Source: a virus | Length of the DNA: 64,000 nt | IMG/VR virus record: IMGVR_UViG_3300032046_006283 | Location: 1 to 64,000 of that record | Direction: 5' to 3' (one strand) | Part shown: positions 19,513 to 30,700 of the stretch, in pieces | Layout of the letters: each line of letters starts with the position of its first letter | Position numbering within the stretch: the first letter of the stretch is position 1 | Translations under genes and position numbers: made by a program | The notes under the pieces: generated by a model | The model's database searches: none | The model's input: only the letters and a program-made list of their open reading frames with translations | Told to the model about the DNA's origin: nothing

Positions 19513-21417
19513 TTACCATTTTCTCCTAAATGATTCTTTTCCGCCTATTCTATCTTTTGCACTGCTTTTATTACTTCTAAAGCCTTTAAATAAAGAATCA
19601 CCTTTTTGAGGATTTATAACTCTACCTAAAGATATAGGTGAACCTAAATTCTTATGTAACTCTCTAATAGTTTTACTTGACATTTCTTTTCTTATGGCTA
19701 ATCTATATACTAAATTTGCGGTGCAAACCGCAAAATCATCTGAAGTAATTGGACCTGAAGTAGGAGCTGCATAGTATACAGTCCCGCCGGCGATAATTTT
19801 TTGTAGATATTTAAGTTCTAATTTTAATTTATTAACCCAATTCTCAGTTGGATCAGAATCCATTTCATAACACAATACTTGCCCTTGATTTAATTTTTCT
19901 AAAAAAGTTCCAAATATTTCACCTTTATATTGATTCGTGAAAGTTGTTTCAAATGCGGGTAATTTCATCTTTCTTAATGTATGAATACTATTAACTGAAT
20001 TCCATTGATCATAACAAATCTCCATTACTTGTTTTCCAGCTGCGTTTAAATTCGAAATCAAATTTAATAAATAATTCATTACAATATCAGGATCAATTCT
20101 TTCCACAACAATATGGCCATCACCTAAATTCTTTGTAGTAGGTTCAAAACCTTTCAATCCATCCACCCAATACTTTTCAGAAGGGCGATCCTCTCTATGT
20201 CCCCAAGCAAGAGCATAAGTATCTGACTTGCTCGCGGGATCAATTGTAATAATATACAATTGTCCAGGTCTTCCTCGTAATAATATAGGAGCGCTCGGTA
20301 CAACCATTTCGTCTACTTTTTCGGGATTCAAGAACGAAGAAGCAGGTTCTCCAAAGTGGCCTCCATATTCCATCGAAGCAGATATTGGATCTTTAATAAA
20401 ATCAACATTAAAATCTTCTCTTTTAAATCTTGGATTTGCTTGCCAAGTTGATAATTGAAAAAGTAAATAATTTGGATTCGGTATAGCTTTTTCACCCTCG
20501 TTTTGTTCTTTACCACCAGCTAAACAATATAAATAGTAAAACTCTCCTGCTTTTTCTGCAGGACTCGAAATTGCAACAATTAATCCATCTTTTCCAAAAT
20601 CTTTTACAGAAGGTGTCAAAGCTGTCCACATTGCATGATCAGTTTGAGGAGATTCAATAACTTCTAAAGTTGAACGTTTATATTTAGATCGTCCAAAATG
20701 ACCGAATTCATCAAAAATAAGGATCAGGATTGCTTTTCCTCTTTTAGTTGCTGCAGATGTAGTAACCGATTCAATACAAACAGAACCACGCAGAATATTC
20801 TTTTTCATTACTCCTTTTTTACGTGACTCATTGTATTTACGAATTTGAGAATTCAAAAACAAATCATATGGAGAAAACAATCGCAATTCAGTTTCATTGT
20901 CTTTATCAAAATCAATATATTTTTGAAAAAATTCAAGTTTTTTGACATTATCTTTTATTAATTGGAAAGTTTCCTTAGCCTGCTCACCGTCCGAAGCACA
21001 ATTCATTATGTATATAGGATGTCTTTCTCTTATTTGATAATGCCTTTGAGGATTGCCCTTACATATTAGTTTGTAAGCTTCATAAGTTGCAATCCAAGAA
21101 ACTAAAGATGATTTACTTCCCCTTCTTCCAATAACAAGAATTAAAACTTCTATAATTTGATTTATATCTTTGCTATCAAAACGAAAATCAATTTCCCACT
21201 CAGTTTTTAAAGCATCAAGGAGATTTTTTTCTTCTTCAGTAAAAGGATACTTTTGCCACAAACCATATAATACTTTCAAAACAAGACTTTGAAATGGAAA
21301 TGGGTTTTCACTTAACCATTTATGAGAAGTGGCGAAGATTAAAGCATCAACAGGTTCAACAGGAGAAGTTAATTCTATTTTTTCATTATATTTTTCATTT
21401 ATAAAATCTTTAAACAT
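19513..21417 (-). CDS. terL: Terminase large subunit
   Basis: Walker A VIGRRGSKS, Walker B ILIFDEFGHF, AISSP, nuclease ITIDPASKSD, CYDQWNS, SDDFA. Confidence 0.85.
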   Translation of the reverse strand: MFKDFINEKYNEKIELTSPVEPVDALIFATSHKWLSENPFPFQSLVLKVLYGLWQKYPFTEEEKNLLDALKTEWEIDFRFDSKDINQIIEVLILVIGRRGSKSSLVSWIATYEAYKLICKGNPQRHYQIRERHPIYIMNCASDGEQAKETFQLIKDNVKKLEFFQKYIDFDKDNETELRLFSPYDLFLNSQIRKYNESRKKGVMKKNILRGSVCIESVTTSAATKRGKAILILIFDEFGHFGRSKYKRSTLEVIESPQTDHAMWTALTPSVKDFGKDGLIVAISSPAEKAGEFYYLYCLAGGKEQNEGEKAIPNPNYLLFQLSTWQANPRFKREDFNVDFIKDPISASMEYGGHFGEPASSFLNPEKVDEMVVPSAPILLRGRPGQLYIITIDPASKSDTYALAWGHREDRPSEKYWVDGLKGFEPTTKNLGDGHIVVERIDPDIVMNYLLNLISNLNAAGKQVMEICYDQWNSVNSIHTLRKMKLPAFETTFTNQYKGEIFGTFLEKLNQGQVLCYEMDSDPTENWVNKLKLELKYLQKIIAGGTVYYAAPTSGPITSDDFAVCTANLVYRLAIRKEMSSKTIRELHKNLGSPISLGRVINPQKGDSLFKGFRSNKSSAKDRIGGKESFRRKW

Positions 21418-22198
21418 TGATTTCACTTTTTAAACAATTATATTCTCTTAATCTTGTAATAAGTGTGTCTGTAGAACATCCAAAAAAAGTAGCTGTCTTT
21501 TTCAAAGTATTATTTTGAATAATATAATAGTTAAATAATTCTTCTTTATTTATTTTATATTTAAAATGAGGACTGTTCTCTCCTATATTTGCCTTCCTTA
21601 TTTTTTCCTTTGCTTTATCAGAATGATGTTTACCATAAAAAGGATTGTTTTTGCCTTTTCGAGAGGCACTCATTTTTATCCTAGTGCTTAACGTCAATTT
21701 TTTACCTATATTTGCAATATATATTTTTCTTCTAGTTTCTTCAGAACGTTTTTTCCCTTTATTAGACAATTTTATTTTTTGTATAGTTTCTAAAGAACGG
21801 GGCTTACCAAAATTTGGATTCAATTTCCCTTTTTTAGACTTACTCATTTTTCTTTTACTTTTCTCAGAAAATTTCAAACCTGTGCACCCTTCTCCTCCTA
21901 ATGTTAAATTATAACCTTTACCATTACTTATAAAAGAATCATACTGATGAATAAATTCTTTTTCTTTTATTTTTAATTCCTCAAAATTATCAGAAAAATA
22001 AATTTCTTTATATTCAAAATTTTTTAAACCATATTCTGCAATTTTTCTATCAACCAATTGACTTTCTTTAACTTTACCCTCTTTACATTTCTGTGCCCAC
22101 CATATATGATCTTTCCATCGCCGTTGATAATTTGTAGAATCAATACCAATGTAGTATTTATTATTTATTTTATTTTTTATATAATATGTTACACCCAT
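21410..22198 (-). CDS. GIY-YIG homing endonuclease with NUMOD3 repeats
   Basis: VTYYIKNKINNKYYIG, GYNLTLGGEG, NPFYGKHHS. Confidence 0.9.
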   Translation of the reverse strand: MGVTYYIKNKINNKYYIGIDSTNYQRRWKDHIWWAQKCKEGKVKESQLVDRKIAEYGLKNFEYKEIYFSDNFEELKIKEKEFIHQYDSFISNGKGYNLTLGGEGCTGLKFSEKSKRKMSKSKKGKLNPNFGKPRSLETIQKIKLSNKGKKRSEETRRKIYIANIGKKLTLSTRIKMSASRKGKNNPFYGKHHSDKAKEKIRKANIGENSPHFKYKINKEELFNYYIIQNNTLKKTATFFGCSTDTLITRLREYNCLKSEINV

Positions 22199-22199
22199 A

Positions 22200-22967
22200 T
22201 TATTCTTCATCACTTTCATTGTCTATAATTTTTGCATCAGCAATTACCATATCTTTAGGATTTAACAATGGGGTTATTTTTTCATCTAATTTTTCAATAA
22301 ATCTTTCTTTAACTCTATCTCGAACTACAGGATCATCTATTTCTTCGATTAACACATCTACAAAATCTTCAATAAACTTTTTTATTCCTTCTTTAATGTT
22401 TTGTATCATAACAATGTTCACATTAACTACTCCAGGACCTTGTTCTATTTTCATGTGAGTCAACAAATCCTTAGTAAGGCCTTTCATAATTTCATCAATT
22501 GCAGATGTTACTTCTTGTATTTCTTTTCTATAAAAAAGACTTTTTTCACTTTCTGGTTTACTTTCCAAACTCTTTTTAAGTGCTAAAAGTTCCCAAAGAT
22601 TTTTAATACGTGCATCGTATAATAAGTTCACGGTTTTTATTTTATTCAGAGTTTCATTATATTTTTGTTGATACAATTCAACAACTGCTGGACTAAAATC
22701 TGTCAATGTAAGTTCCCGTTTCTTTTCTTCAATTTGAGCTGCCTTTTTTGGATCGCAATGATGTTTATGACTATTAATATTAGTGCCAGTCAAGCCTCCA
22801 GGAATCTGAGATCCCCACTTATCAATAATTTCATGATAAGTCATTGTACCTTCTAAAAGAACAATAGTAATTTCATTTAAAAAAGAAGACTGACAAATCT
22901 TACATCTTTTAGAAACTCTAAGGAGTCCTTTAACTTTAGGTTTTTCTTGATTTTTTGATTCCGCCAT
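22200..22967 (-). CDS. Putative terminase small subunit
   Basis: RCKICQ...HKHH Zn/HTH N-terminus, helical body, position upstream of terL. Confidence 0.5.
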   Translation of the reverse strand: MAESKNQEKPKVKGLLRVSKRCKICQSSFLNEITIVLLEGTMTYHEIIDKWGSQIPGGLTGTNINSHKHHCDPKKAAQIEEKKRELTLTDFSPAVVELYQQKYNETLNKIKTVNLLYDARIKNLWELLALKKSLESKPESEKSLFYRKEIQEVTSAIDEIMKGLTKDLLTHMKIEQGPGVVNVNIVMIQNIKEGIKKFIEDFVDVLIEEIDDPVVRDRVKERFIEKLDEKITPLLNPKDMVIADAKIIDNESDEE

Positions 22968-22973
22968 AATTTT

Positions 22974-23126
22974 TTAGTTAAATTTAACTTTTTCTTTTAC
23001 TTTTTTTAAAAGGTTGCATCCCGGATCAGCGCATTTATAAAGTTTCATTTTTATGCCTTCTTTTAAATCACCAATCGTTACACCATTTTTACAAAGTATC
23101 ATTTCTTTACCGCATGTACATTTCAT
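22974..23126 (-). CDS. Small Zn-ribbon protein (50 aa)
   Basis: Translated by hand: MKCTCGKEMILCK...YKCADPGCNLLKK. Confidence 0.55.
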   Translation of the reverse strand: MKCTCGKEMILCKNGVTIGDLKEGIKMKLYKCADPGCNLLKKVKEKVKFN

Positions 23127-23134
23127 ACTTACAC

Positions 23135-24553
23135 CTACTTTCTTTCAAACTCTTTACCATTGTATCGAGCAATGATAGTATTTTTATTTTCATCACACGT
23201 CTCTAAATTTACAGGACGTGTCCAAATTTCATATATATATTTCAATGTATAATTCATATAATTTTCATGTAAAGGAATATTTTCGTGTCTATGTTTTAAA
23301 AATAATTCTTTTGTATTATTATAATTATCGTCAACAAGATCTATAATTGGTAATCCATGATTAGATAATAAAAACAAAAATTTTTGTTTTATATTATCAA
23401 AATCACGACTTGAAATTTTATATTGTTCATCTCTTTTGTCATAATCATATGTAAACAACTTATGTTCTTTACACATATCTTCTGTAAAGAATTCATCTAC
23501 AAAATTTACGTCGTCAAATAACTTAACAACTTCAAAAATTTTTTCTTTACCTTTGTTCCATTTTTTATCCCAATTTTTCTTCATTTCAATATCAATACAT
23601 AAATTCCAATCAGAACCAGTTCTACCTTTATTCCAACGGAGTTCAATATCTTGAAACAACATAAGACCTAATTTATAAGGATTAAAGATACTTGAAGAAA
23701 GAATGCGTGAACAATGATCTGCAAATTCTACTAAATCAGAATCGTTAAGATATTTTGGTGCTAATTTTGTATGAACATAAGTTGCAAACCCTTCATTCAT
23801 GATTTTAGTTTTTATTAAAGATAAAAAATATTTACTTTCTTCCCGAACCATAGCTATAATATCTTGTTTCCAATCATCAATAGGTGCATTTTTAGCTAAA
23901 AATAATAAAACATCTTGAGTAAATTCAAACTTCTTTTCTTTCTTCTTTGCTTTCATTTTTTCTTTTTGTTGCTCAATATATTCATGTGGATTTATATAAG
24001 AATCCATATATTTCTTATCAACTTGTATTTTTAGAACATCTTCTTCTTCTTCTTTAATTTGTTGATTTAACTTCAGAAATATATTTGGATCTATTAAATC
24101 TTCAATAGAAAGACAAAGAGTAATAAAGTGTTCAACCTCATCTATTCCATATTTTTCTATATAATTGTTAATTCTTTTTTCATGATTTTTTAATGCTTCA
24201 ATCATTAATGGATTTACTTTAGAACACCACAAATTATTTTTAAAAAAATGAGAATGTCCAAAAACATGCATAATTACCATTTTTTGAAGTGCATCAGAAT
24301 TTGCTTTATCCAAATACGCAATAGAAGGAGTTGTATTCAAAACCATTTCATATATATGACTTAAACCATAAACATGCAATTTATATAAATATTCAAATTG
24401 TTCTCCCCACCGCCAATGGGCATAACGATTAGGAAATCCTGAATATGCTGCTAAACTACAAAGTTCCTTATAATCAACAAATAAAAATTCTACAGGATGA
24501 AAATCTAATCCAAAATCTTGAGCAATAGATTCTAAGTCTTCAAAATTTATCAA
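23135..24553 (-). CDS. spoVR: SpoVR/YcgB family protein
   Basis: GFPNRYAHWRWG, IYEMVLN, HVFGHSHFFKNN, TKIMNEGFA, NPYKLG. Confidence 0.93.
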   Translation of the reverse strand: MINFEDLESIAQDFGLDFHPVEFLFVDYKELCSLAAYSGFPNRYAHWRWGEQFEYLYKLHVYGLSHIYEMVLNTTPSIAYLDKANSDALQKMVIMHVFGHSHFFKNNLWCSKVNPLMIEALKNHEKRINNYIEKYGIDEVEHFITLCLSIEDLIDPNIFLKLNQQIKEEEEDVLKIQVDKKYMDSYINPHEYIEQQKEKMKAKKKEKKFEFTQDVLLFLAKNAPIDDWKQDIIAMVREESKYFLSLIKTKIMNEGFATYVHTKLAPKYLNDSDLVEFADHCSRILSSSIFNPYKLGLMLFQDIELRWNKGRTGSDWNLCIDIEMKKNWDKKWNKGKEKIFEVVKLFDDVNFVDEFFTEDMCKEHKLFTYDYDKRDEQYKISSRDFDNIKQKFLFLLSNHGLPIIDLVDDNYNNTKELFLKHRHENIPLHENYMNYTLKYIYEIWTRPVNLETCDENKNTIIARYNGKEFERK

Positions 24554-25668
24554 TTGACTTTCTCCTTTCTTGTTCCAAGAAAATCAATCAATGTTTGAAA
24601 AATACCATCTTTATCTTTCAATTTACTTATTAAATAATTATCAAAACTTCCTGTTAAATCTTCTAACTTTTCTGAAAACCTTTTGTTTTCATAGTATGAG
24701 GGTTCTCCAACTTCTGCATAACAAAAAAGATTTATATTAGGTAATATATCTTTTTCCAAATATCCTTTTGAATCTTTATCATCTTCTCCACCAAAAGTTT
24801 CTCCATCAGAAAAATGAAAAACATAAACATTTACTGTTTCTGGAGGAAATCTTTTTCTTAAAATTTCATTACATAATTTATAAGCATCAGAAAAATAAGT
24901 ACCGCCGCCAGTAGATAAAGAAAAAAATTGTTCTCGATTAACTTCTTTAGCATTTGTATCATGCACAATATATACAACATCCACTTGTTTATAATGAACC
25001 TTTATCCAAATATCTATCCAAAAAATTGTTTGTCGTATAAGTTGTTTTAATTCATCATCAATAGATCCAGAAATATCTTGAATTAAAACTATAACTGCTT
25101 GATTTATAGGTTCCTCAATAGTCTTCCAAGTTTTATAACGTTTATCCTTTTTTACTGGAATTATTTTTGGATCTTTAAAATCAAAAGTTCCTTCTACAAT
25201 ACTTCGTTTTAATGCTTCTTTAAATGTCCTTTTAGAATGTTTTAATGATTCAGGCCCAATACGCCCTATTCCTGTAAACTTATCTTTTATTACTTTAACA
25301 TTTTTACGTCCTTTAGGTTTTAATCGAGGTAAATTCAATTCCTTAGCTAAGATATTTGCTAATTCTTCAAAAGTAATATCTACTTCAATTGCATGATCTC
25401 CAGGAGAACTGCCTGCTTTTTTTTCACCTGTATTATCTGGGCTCATATCTAAAGGATCTCCAATATTTCCTTCTCCGGCACCTACACCACCTGTATTTTT
25501 CCTTCCATATTTAAAATGAGGAATATCAATCTGAGGAACTGGTATTTTAATAACTTTTGATCCTTCTTTTCCAACAAAATGTTCTGTTTGAATAAACTTT
25601 CGAATATTTGATTTTATATATCCTTCAACCAATTTTTTAAATCTAGACCTATCTCTTGTAATATTCAT
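24550..25668 (-). CDS. yeaH: YeaH/YhbH (DUF444) vWA-domain protein
   Basis: PHFKYG...GVGAGEG, DISGS MIDAS, GGGT, FHFSDGE. Confidence 0.9.
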   Translation of the reverse strand: MNITRDRSRFKKLVEGYIKSNIRKFIQTEHFVGKEGSKVIKIPVPQIDIPHFKYGRKNTGGVGAGEGNIGDPLDMSPDNTGEKKAGSSPGDHAIEVDITFEELANILAKELNLPRLKPKGRKNVKVIKDKFTGIGRIGPESLKHSKRTFKEALKRSIVEGTFDFKDPKIIPVKKDKRYKTWKTIEEPINQAVIVLIQDISGSIDDELKQLIRQTIFWIDIWIKVHYKQVDVVYIVHDTNAKEVNREQFFSLSTGGGTYFSDAYKLCNEILRKRFPPETVNVYVFHFSDGETFGGEDDKDSKGYLEKDILPNINLFCYAEVGEPSYYENKRFSEKLEDLTGSFDNYLISKLKDKDGIFQTLIDFLGTRKEKVN

Positions 25669-27695
25669 TATTTTTCTTCCCGCGCTATAATACTTCCTAC
25701 ATATGCTAGTACATTTTCAGCACATTCATCACAATATCCATAAACTTCTTTTAACCTTTTCTTTAGTGCATTTAATTTCTCAAGTGTATCATCATCTTTT
25801 ACTGTTGAAACAGCACCAGAAAGTTTAATATTGTGTTTCTGGTCCTTAAATAATTTCAACTCCAAAGCACGGTACAATCTTTCATTTGCCTTATAATCAA
25901 ATGTTTTCTTTTCAATAGTTAAACTTGCAATGTAGTTCATAATTTGAGTTCTAAATTCATCCTTTCGAGATTCAGATATATCAATTTCTTCCTCAATAGA
26001 TCTCATTAACCTTTCATCGGGTTCCTCATATTGTTTAGTAAATTCATTTCTAACCTTTTCTTTCTGAATATACGCTCTAACATTTTCTATATAACTATTG
26101 CAAAGGCGTGCTAAAGCACTATCATCTGCACACATTGCACGCTGTATTTCATTTTTTACAATTTCTGTATATTCCTCTTTGACAAGAGCAATAATTTCTT
26201 TGTACCTTTTTTTCACATCAATAGAAGAAATTAATGAATAGTGATCTAAGCCTTCTTCAAATTCTCTCAAAACTAAAAATGGATTTATACAATTTCCAGA
26301 TTCTACATGCACTAAAGCATTTGATATTTTATCTTGAACAAAACGAGGAGAAATTCCTTCCATACCTTCACCAATAGATTCATCTTTAATTTCATCTAAA
26401 GCTTCTTCATTAAAATCTGGAATTGTTTTTCCATTATATAACTTCATTTTATTTACTAAAGTCAAAGAAGCTTTCTTAGGATCTTTCAAACGTGTTAAAA
26501 TAGCAAACATCGCAGCCACTTCTAATGTATGCGGGGCCATATGTTTACCTACAATATTTTTCGGAGAAAAATCTTTTTCATAAATTTTAATTTCATTATT
26601 CAATTTTAAACAATATGGAATATCAATCTTTATTGTTCTATCTCTCAAAGCTTCCATATATTCATTAGATTGTAATTTTTTAAATTCAGCTTGATTTGTG
26701 TGACCAATTATTACTAAATCAATATCAGTCTGTGCAAAATTCTTTGACTTAATTTTATGTTCCTGACTTGCACAAAGCAAATCATATAAAAAAGCAACAT
26801 CTAATTTAAGAATTTCTATAAACTCTATAATACCTCTATTAGAAATGTTAAATTCTCCAGTAAAACTAAAAGCTCTTGGATCGGAATCAGAACCATAAAT
26901 TGCTAACTTTCTATAATTAACATCTCCTGTTAATTCTGTACTATCCTGATTCTTTTCATCTTTCGGTTGAAACGTCCCTATTCCTATTCTATCTTTTTCA
27001 GAAAATGTAATTCGTTTTACAGTTATATGTTCTAAAACTTTCGCCCAATCTCCTTTATAAAAATCCATCAAATTTTTAAATATATATCTACATGGAGGAC
27101 ATAATTCACTTTCTGCCATCAATTTTTTATCTGGAAACTTATCATAAAACTTTTGACGTAATTCTAAAGGAATCAAATGAACAGGGTCTTCATTCATTGG
27201 ACATCTAAATTCTTTATCAGGACCAAAAATATTCTCTGTTTCTGGAGTTGATTTCCAACCAAAAGTAAAAATAGCTCCTGCATCAGTTTTAGAATATTCT
27301 TCAAGACCTTTTTTCAAAAGACGGACAATAGTTGACTTAGAAGATCCTACAGGTCCATGCAACAAAATAATTCGTTTCTCAGGACCATAACCTAAAGAAG
27401 CTGAACGAAACAAATTTACTAAATTCATCAAAGACTCTTCTAAATCATAAATTGCGTCCTTTCCATTATTAAGGGGGTCACTAAAAAATTTATAAATTAT
27501 TACTCTTTTCTTACCAATTGTTTTTTCTTCGGTACCATAAAACAAAATCATATTATACAATCTACTAAAAGCTGTTTGTATCAAATTTGGATTCTCTTCA
27601 AGTTTTTCAATATAGTCTTTAAAGGAACCACGCCAGTGCAACTTTTTATAAAGCTCAGGATTCTGCGCTTCCTTCAGTTTTTCTACTATATCCAT
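25668..27695 (-). CDS. prkA: PrkA/YeaG AAA+ 'serine protein kinase'
   Basis: LLHGPVGSSKS, FQPKDEKNQDSTELTG, SNRGIIEFIEILK, GMEGISPRF. Confidence 0.93.
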   Translation of the reverse strand: MDIVEKLKEAQNPELYKKLHWRGSFKDYIEKLEENPNLIQTAFSRLYNMILFYGTEEKTIGKKRVIIYKFFSDPLNNGKDAIYDLEESLMNLVNLFRSASLGYGPEKRIILLHGPVGSSKSTIVRLLKKGLEEYSKTDAGAIFTFGWKSTPETENIFGPDKEFRCPMNEDPVHLIPLELRQKFYDKFPDKKLMAESELCPPCRYIFKNLMDFYKGDWAKVLEHITVKRITFSEKDRIGIGTFQPKDEKNQDSTELTGDVNYRKLAIYGSDSDPRAFSFTGEFNISNRGIIEFIEILKLDVAFLYDLLCASQEHKIKSKNFAQTDIDLVIIGHTNQAEFKKLQSNEYMEALRDRTIKIDIPYCLKLNNEIKIYEKDFSPKNIVGKHMAPHTLEVAAMFAILTRLKDPKKASLTLVNKMKLYNGKTIPDFNEEALDEIKDESIGEGMEGISPRFVQDKISNALVHVESGNCINPFLVLREFEEGLDHYSLISSIDVKKRYKEIIALVKEEYTEIVKNEIQRAMCADDSALARLCNSYIENVRAYIQKEKVRNEFTKQYEEPDERLMRSIEEEIDISESRKDEFRTQIMNYIASLTIEKKTFDYKANERLYRALELKLFKDQKHNIKLSGAVSTVKDDDTLEKLNALKKRLKEVYGYCDECAENVLAYVGSIIAREEK

Positions 27696-27745
27696 ATAAA
27701 GCCTCCTAAAAGGTTTTATGTTACTTTACTTAAAAATAATTCTTT

Positions 27746-30700
27746 TTACAAAGCTAATTCTAATTGATTTCCCTCTTCTACAATCTCACTTAAAGATTTA
27801 ATATATGCCCATAATCCTGATCCTAATTCTCGAATTGCATCAAATACATTAGCTTCTTTTGTAGAACCTTCTCGTTTTGGAAACATAGTAAGAACTCGTT
27901 GCTGAACCTCTTCATTCAATGAACTCGCTCCACGTTCTGCTTTTTCTAAATAGATCTTTGCATCTTCACCGAATTTTTCCAAAAGCTTTTCCACTCTCCA
28001 TTTATCCGAAGGTTTAAATTTCTTTTCTTTTACAGAAGTGTCTAAATACAAGAAAAATTCTCCAAGATCAATTACTTGAGTCTGAGCTTGTTCAACCAAA
28101 GAGGAGAGCTTTTCTATTCCTTCTTGTAATTCAGCGGCCTCTGTTACTGATCCATGTTCTTCCTGAATCTTTCTAATTTGTTCTTCTACTTTTGCCCTTG
28201 CTTCATCTACAAGAGATTTAATTTCGCCTAAGCGTTGTTTGTGATTTTGAACTTCATGAAAAGTTTTCTGCATTTCAGGAGTAGCAACAGGAGCTTCTTT
28301 TACTTCTTCTGATGAAGGTTCGCCGTGGGGCTTTGTTTTAAGTTCTTTAAACTCCGTTTTAGGTTTTTCTTTAACATCAACTTCTTCTAGTGCAAATCTT
28401 AATGAAGCTTCTTTTTCTAATAAATACTCACCACCTAAAATATCTAATTCTTCTTTATATTTGTCCAAAGTAGGCCGAAAATGAACTTGCGTTTGAGGAC
28501 TTAAAGTTCCAAACACACTTTCAACTTCTTCTATCCACTTAGAAATTCTTTTTGCATTTTTTGCAGGATCTAAAAGTTTAACTTTCCCTGAATCCCAACC
28601 AGATAATACATCTAAGCCTCTATTTATTTTATCTAATATTTCTTGTATTGTTTCTTCTGAAACACTTTCTTTCTTCATAACTGAAAGTTTAGAAGCTTCT
28701 TTTTCTGTTTCCTCTTCTGGTTCGTATTCAACAGCAGGTAATACAACTTCTTCTAACTTCTCTGCGTGTTCTGTTTCATCCTCTGCCATATCTTTAAGAG
28801 CTTTTTCTGCTTTAGGACATTCAACTTCTTTGGCCATATCATTATACATTTCAGCGCCTTCTTGTTCTTCTTCAATATGCTCCTCTACCATTTTTTCAGA
28901 AAGATCAGCTGTTTTCTTTATTGAAGCTTCTTTTTCTTCTGTTTCTTCTAAATTAGTAATTAAATCATCAATATCCTTTCTATACCATTTCTCCATTAAA
29001 CTTAAATGATTTTTAAAATAATCTAACACTGTCTGAGCAGCTCTTTCAAGAGCATCATAATTTCTTTCGTCTGTAAATTCTTCTAAATCTGAAGCAACTT
29101 TGTTCTTCACATTTTGAGGAACACTTCTAGACCTTGTGACTGCTTTAACAACATCAATAGCAAAATCTTCATCTGTAAGAACATAATCAGCAAAAATTTC
29201 AAATCTTTCTTCTGGAGTTTTTTCAAAAAGATCAGCTGTTTTTTCTTTTAAAAAAGCATAAGCAGCCTTTTCAAGATCAACCAAAGAATATAACATTTTT
29301 CTTCCATCTTCCAAAAGAACTTCATAAGCAGTATATACTATTCCCGTTCTTGGTGATTTATAATTTGGAATAATATCAACAACGCTTCCTTTTAAACCTG
29401 CAATAGTTTTTACCTCATCACCTACTGTAAAACTTTTTTCAGCCTTTTTTCGTATTTCTTGAACTATTTCGTTAGAAGATTTACCTTTTGTTGAATCAAA
29501 ATCTTTTTTCTGAACTATTTTTTCCAAATTTTCTTTCTTTGCATGCACTACAGGATAGTGTTGATCTTTAAGTTTCTTGTCAATAATTTCTTCTAACTCT
29601 TTTCTGGTCATACGAGAAACTTCTGAAGTAATTTTAGTTAAATCAAAATCTAAAGGAATTTGGCCTGCTCTTACATAATCTTCAACAAGCATTCTTAAAC
29701 GCTCTATTGGAATTTGTTTTCCTGTTTCGTCGGTTTCATGATAACCAGTAGGTTCAGCTTTTTTCTTTATTGAAGCTTCTTTTCCAAACTTTGCTTCTTC
29801 GTAATCTTCTTCTTTAAATTCAAATCCTGGATGTTTTTCTTCTATAATCTTTTTAATTTCATTAAATGATTTTCCTTCTTTCACGCCTTCAGTTACAATT
29901 TCATAAATAAAAGGTGCAATGCCTTCTGCTGGAGAAGCTTTTTTAACCTTTTTATTTGAAGAAGCTTTCTTAGAAAAAACAAAAGTATCTTTATCAGCAT
30001 GACCACAACCTATTAACTGACCTCCACAAATAGGGCATCTTTCAATATCGCAACCAAAATGATGAATGTTACCTAGTTTATTTACTATATTACAATCATG
30101 GCAGCGTTCATTCACATCGAAATATGATGTATCTCTAAGATATCCTTTTCCTTTCAAATTAATATATTCTTTTGTACAGGTTTCCGTTTTAGGATCTGTC
30201 ATTTCTAACATACACTCTTCACATTTCACTGCTCTTTTTTGTAACGAAGCTGTTTTATGTCTATCTCCTTTTCTATGCCAAATACCTCCAGCAACATAGT
30301 TCATACATTTATCATGACTCCAACCTTTTTCTCGCATACAGGTTTGAACCATACTTTCAAGTTCTTCTTTTTCTGGAGCGGTTTTGGTTAAAGAAGCTGC
30401 TTTTTCCATTTCTTCTATTCTTTCACTTCCACAATAAGGACATTTAAATTCATTTTCTACCCATTCTTCATGAGTCATAGTTTCTCCACAGTCTAAACAT
30501 AGGCCCAGTCTATATTCTTCTTCTTCTTCCTCTGATTCTTCTTCCGCAGCAGATTTAGTAGTAGTAGGTATTATAGAAGAACCTCCTCTAAACATTTTTT
30601 GAACAGCTCTATCTTCTTCAGGAAGAATTCCTTGATTTGATTCTTCATAAGGAACACCAAAATCTGGATCTACATCTGTTTGTTTTGCAACACTATAATC

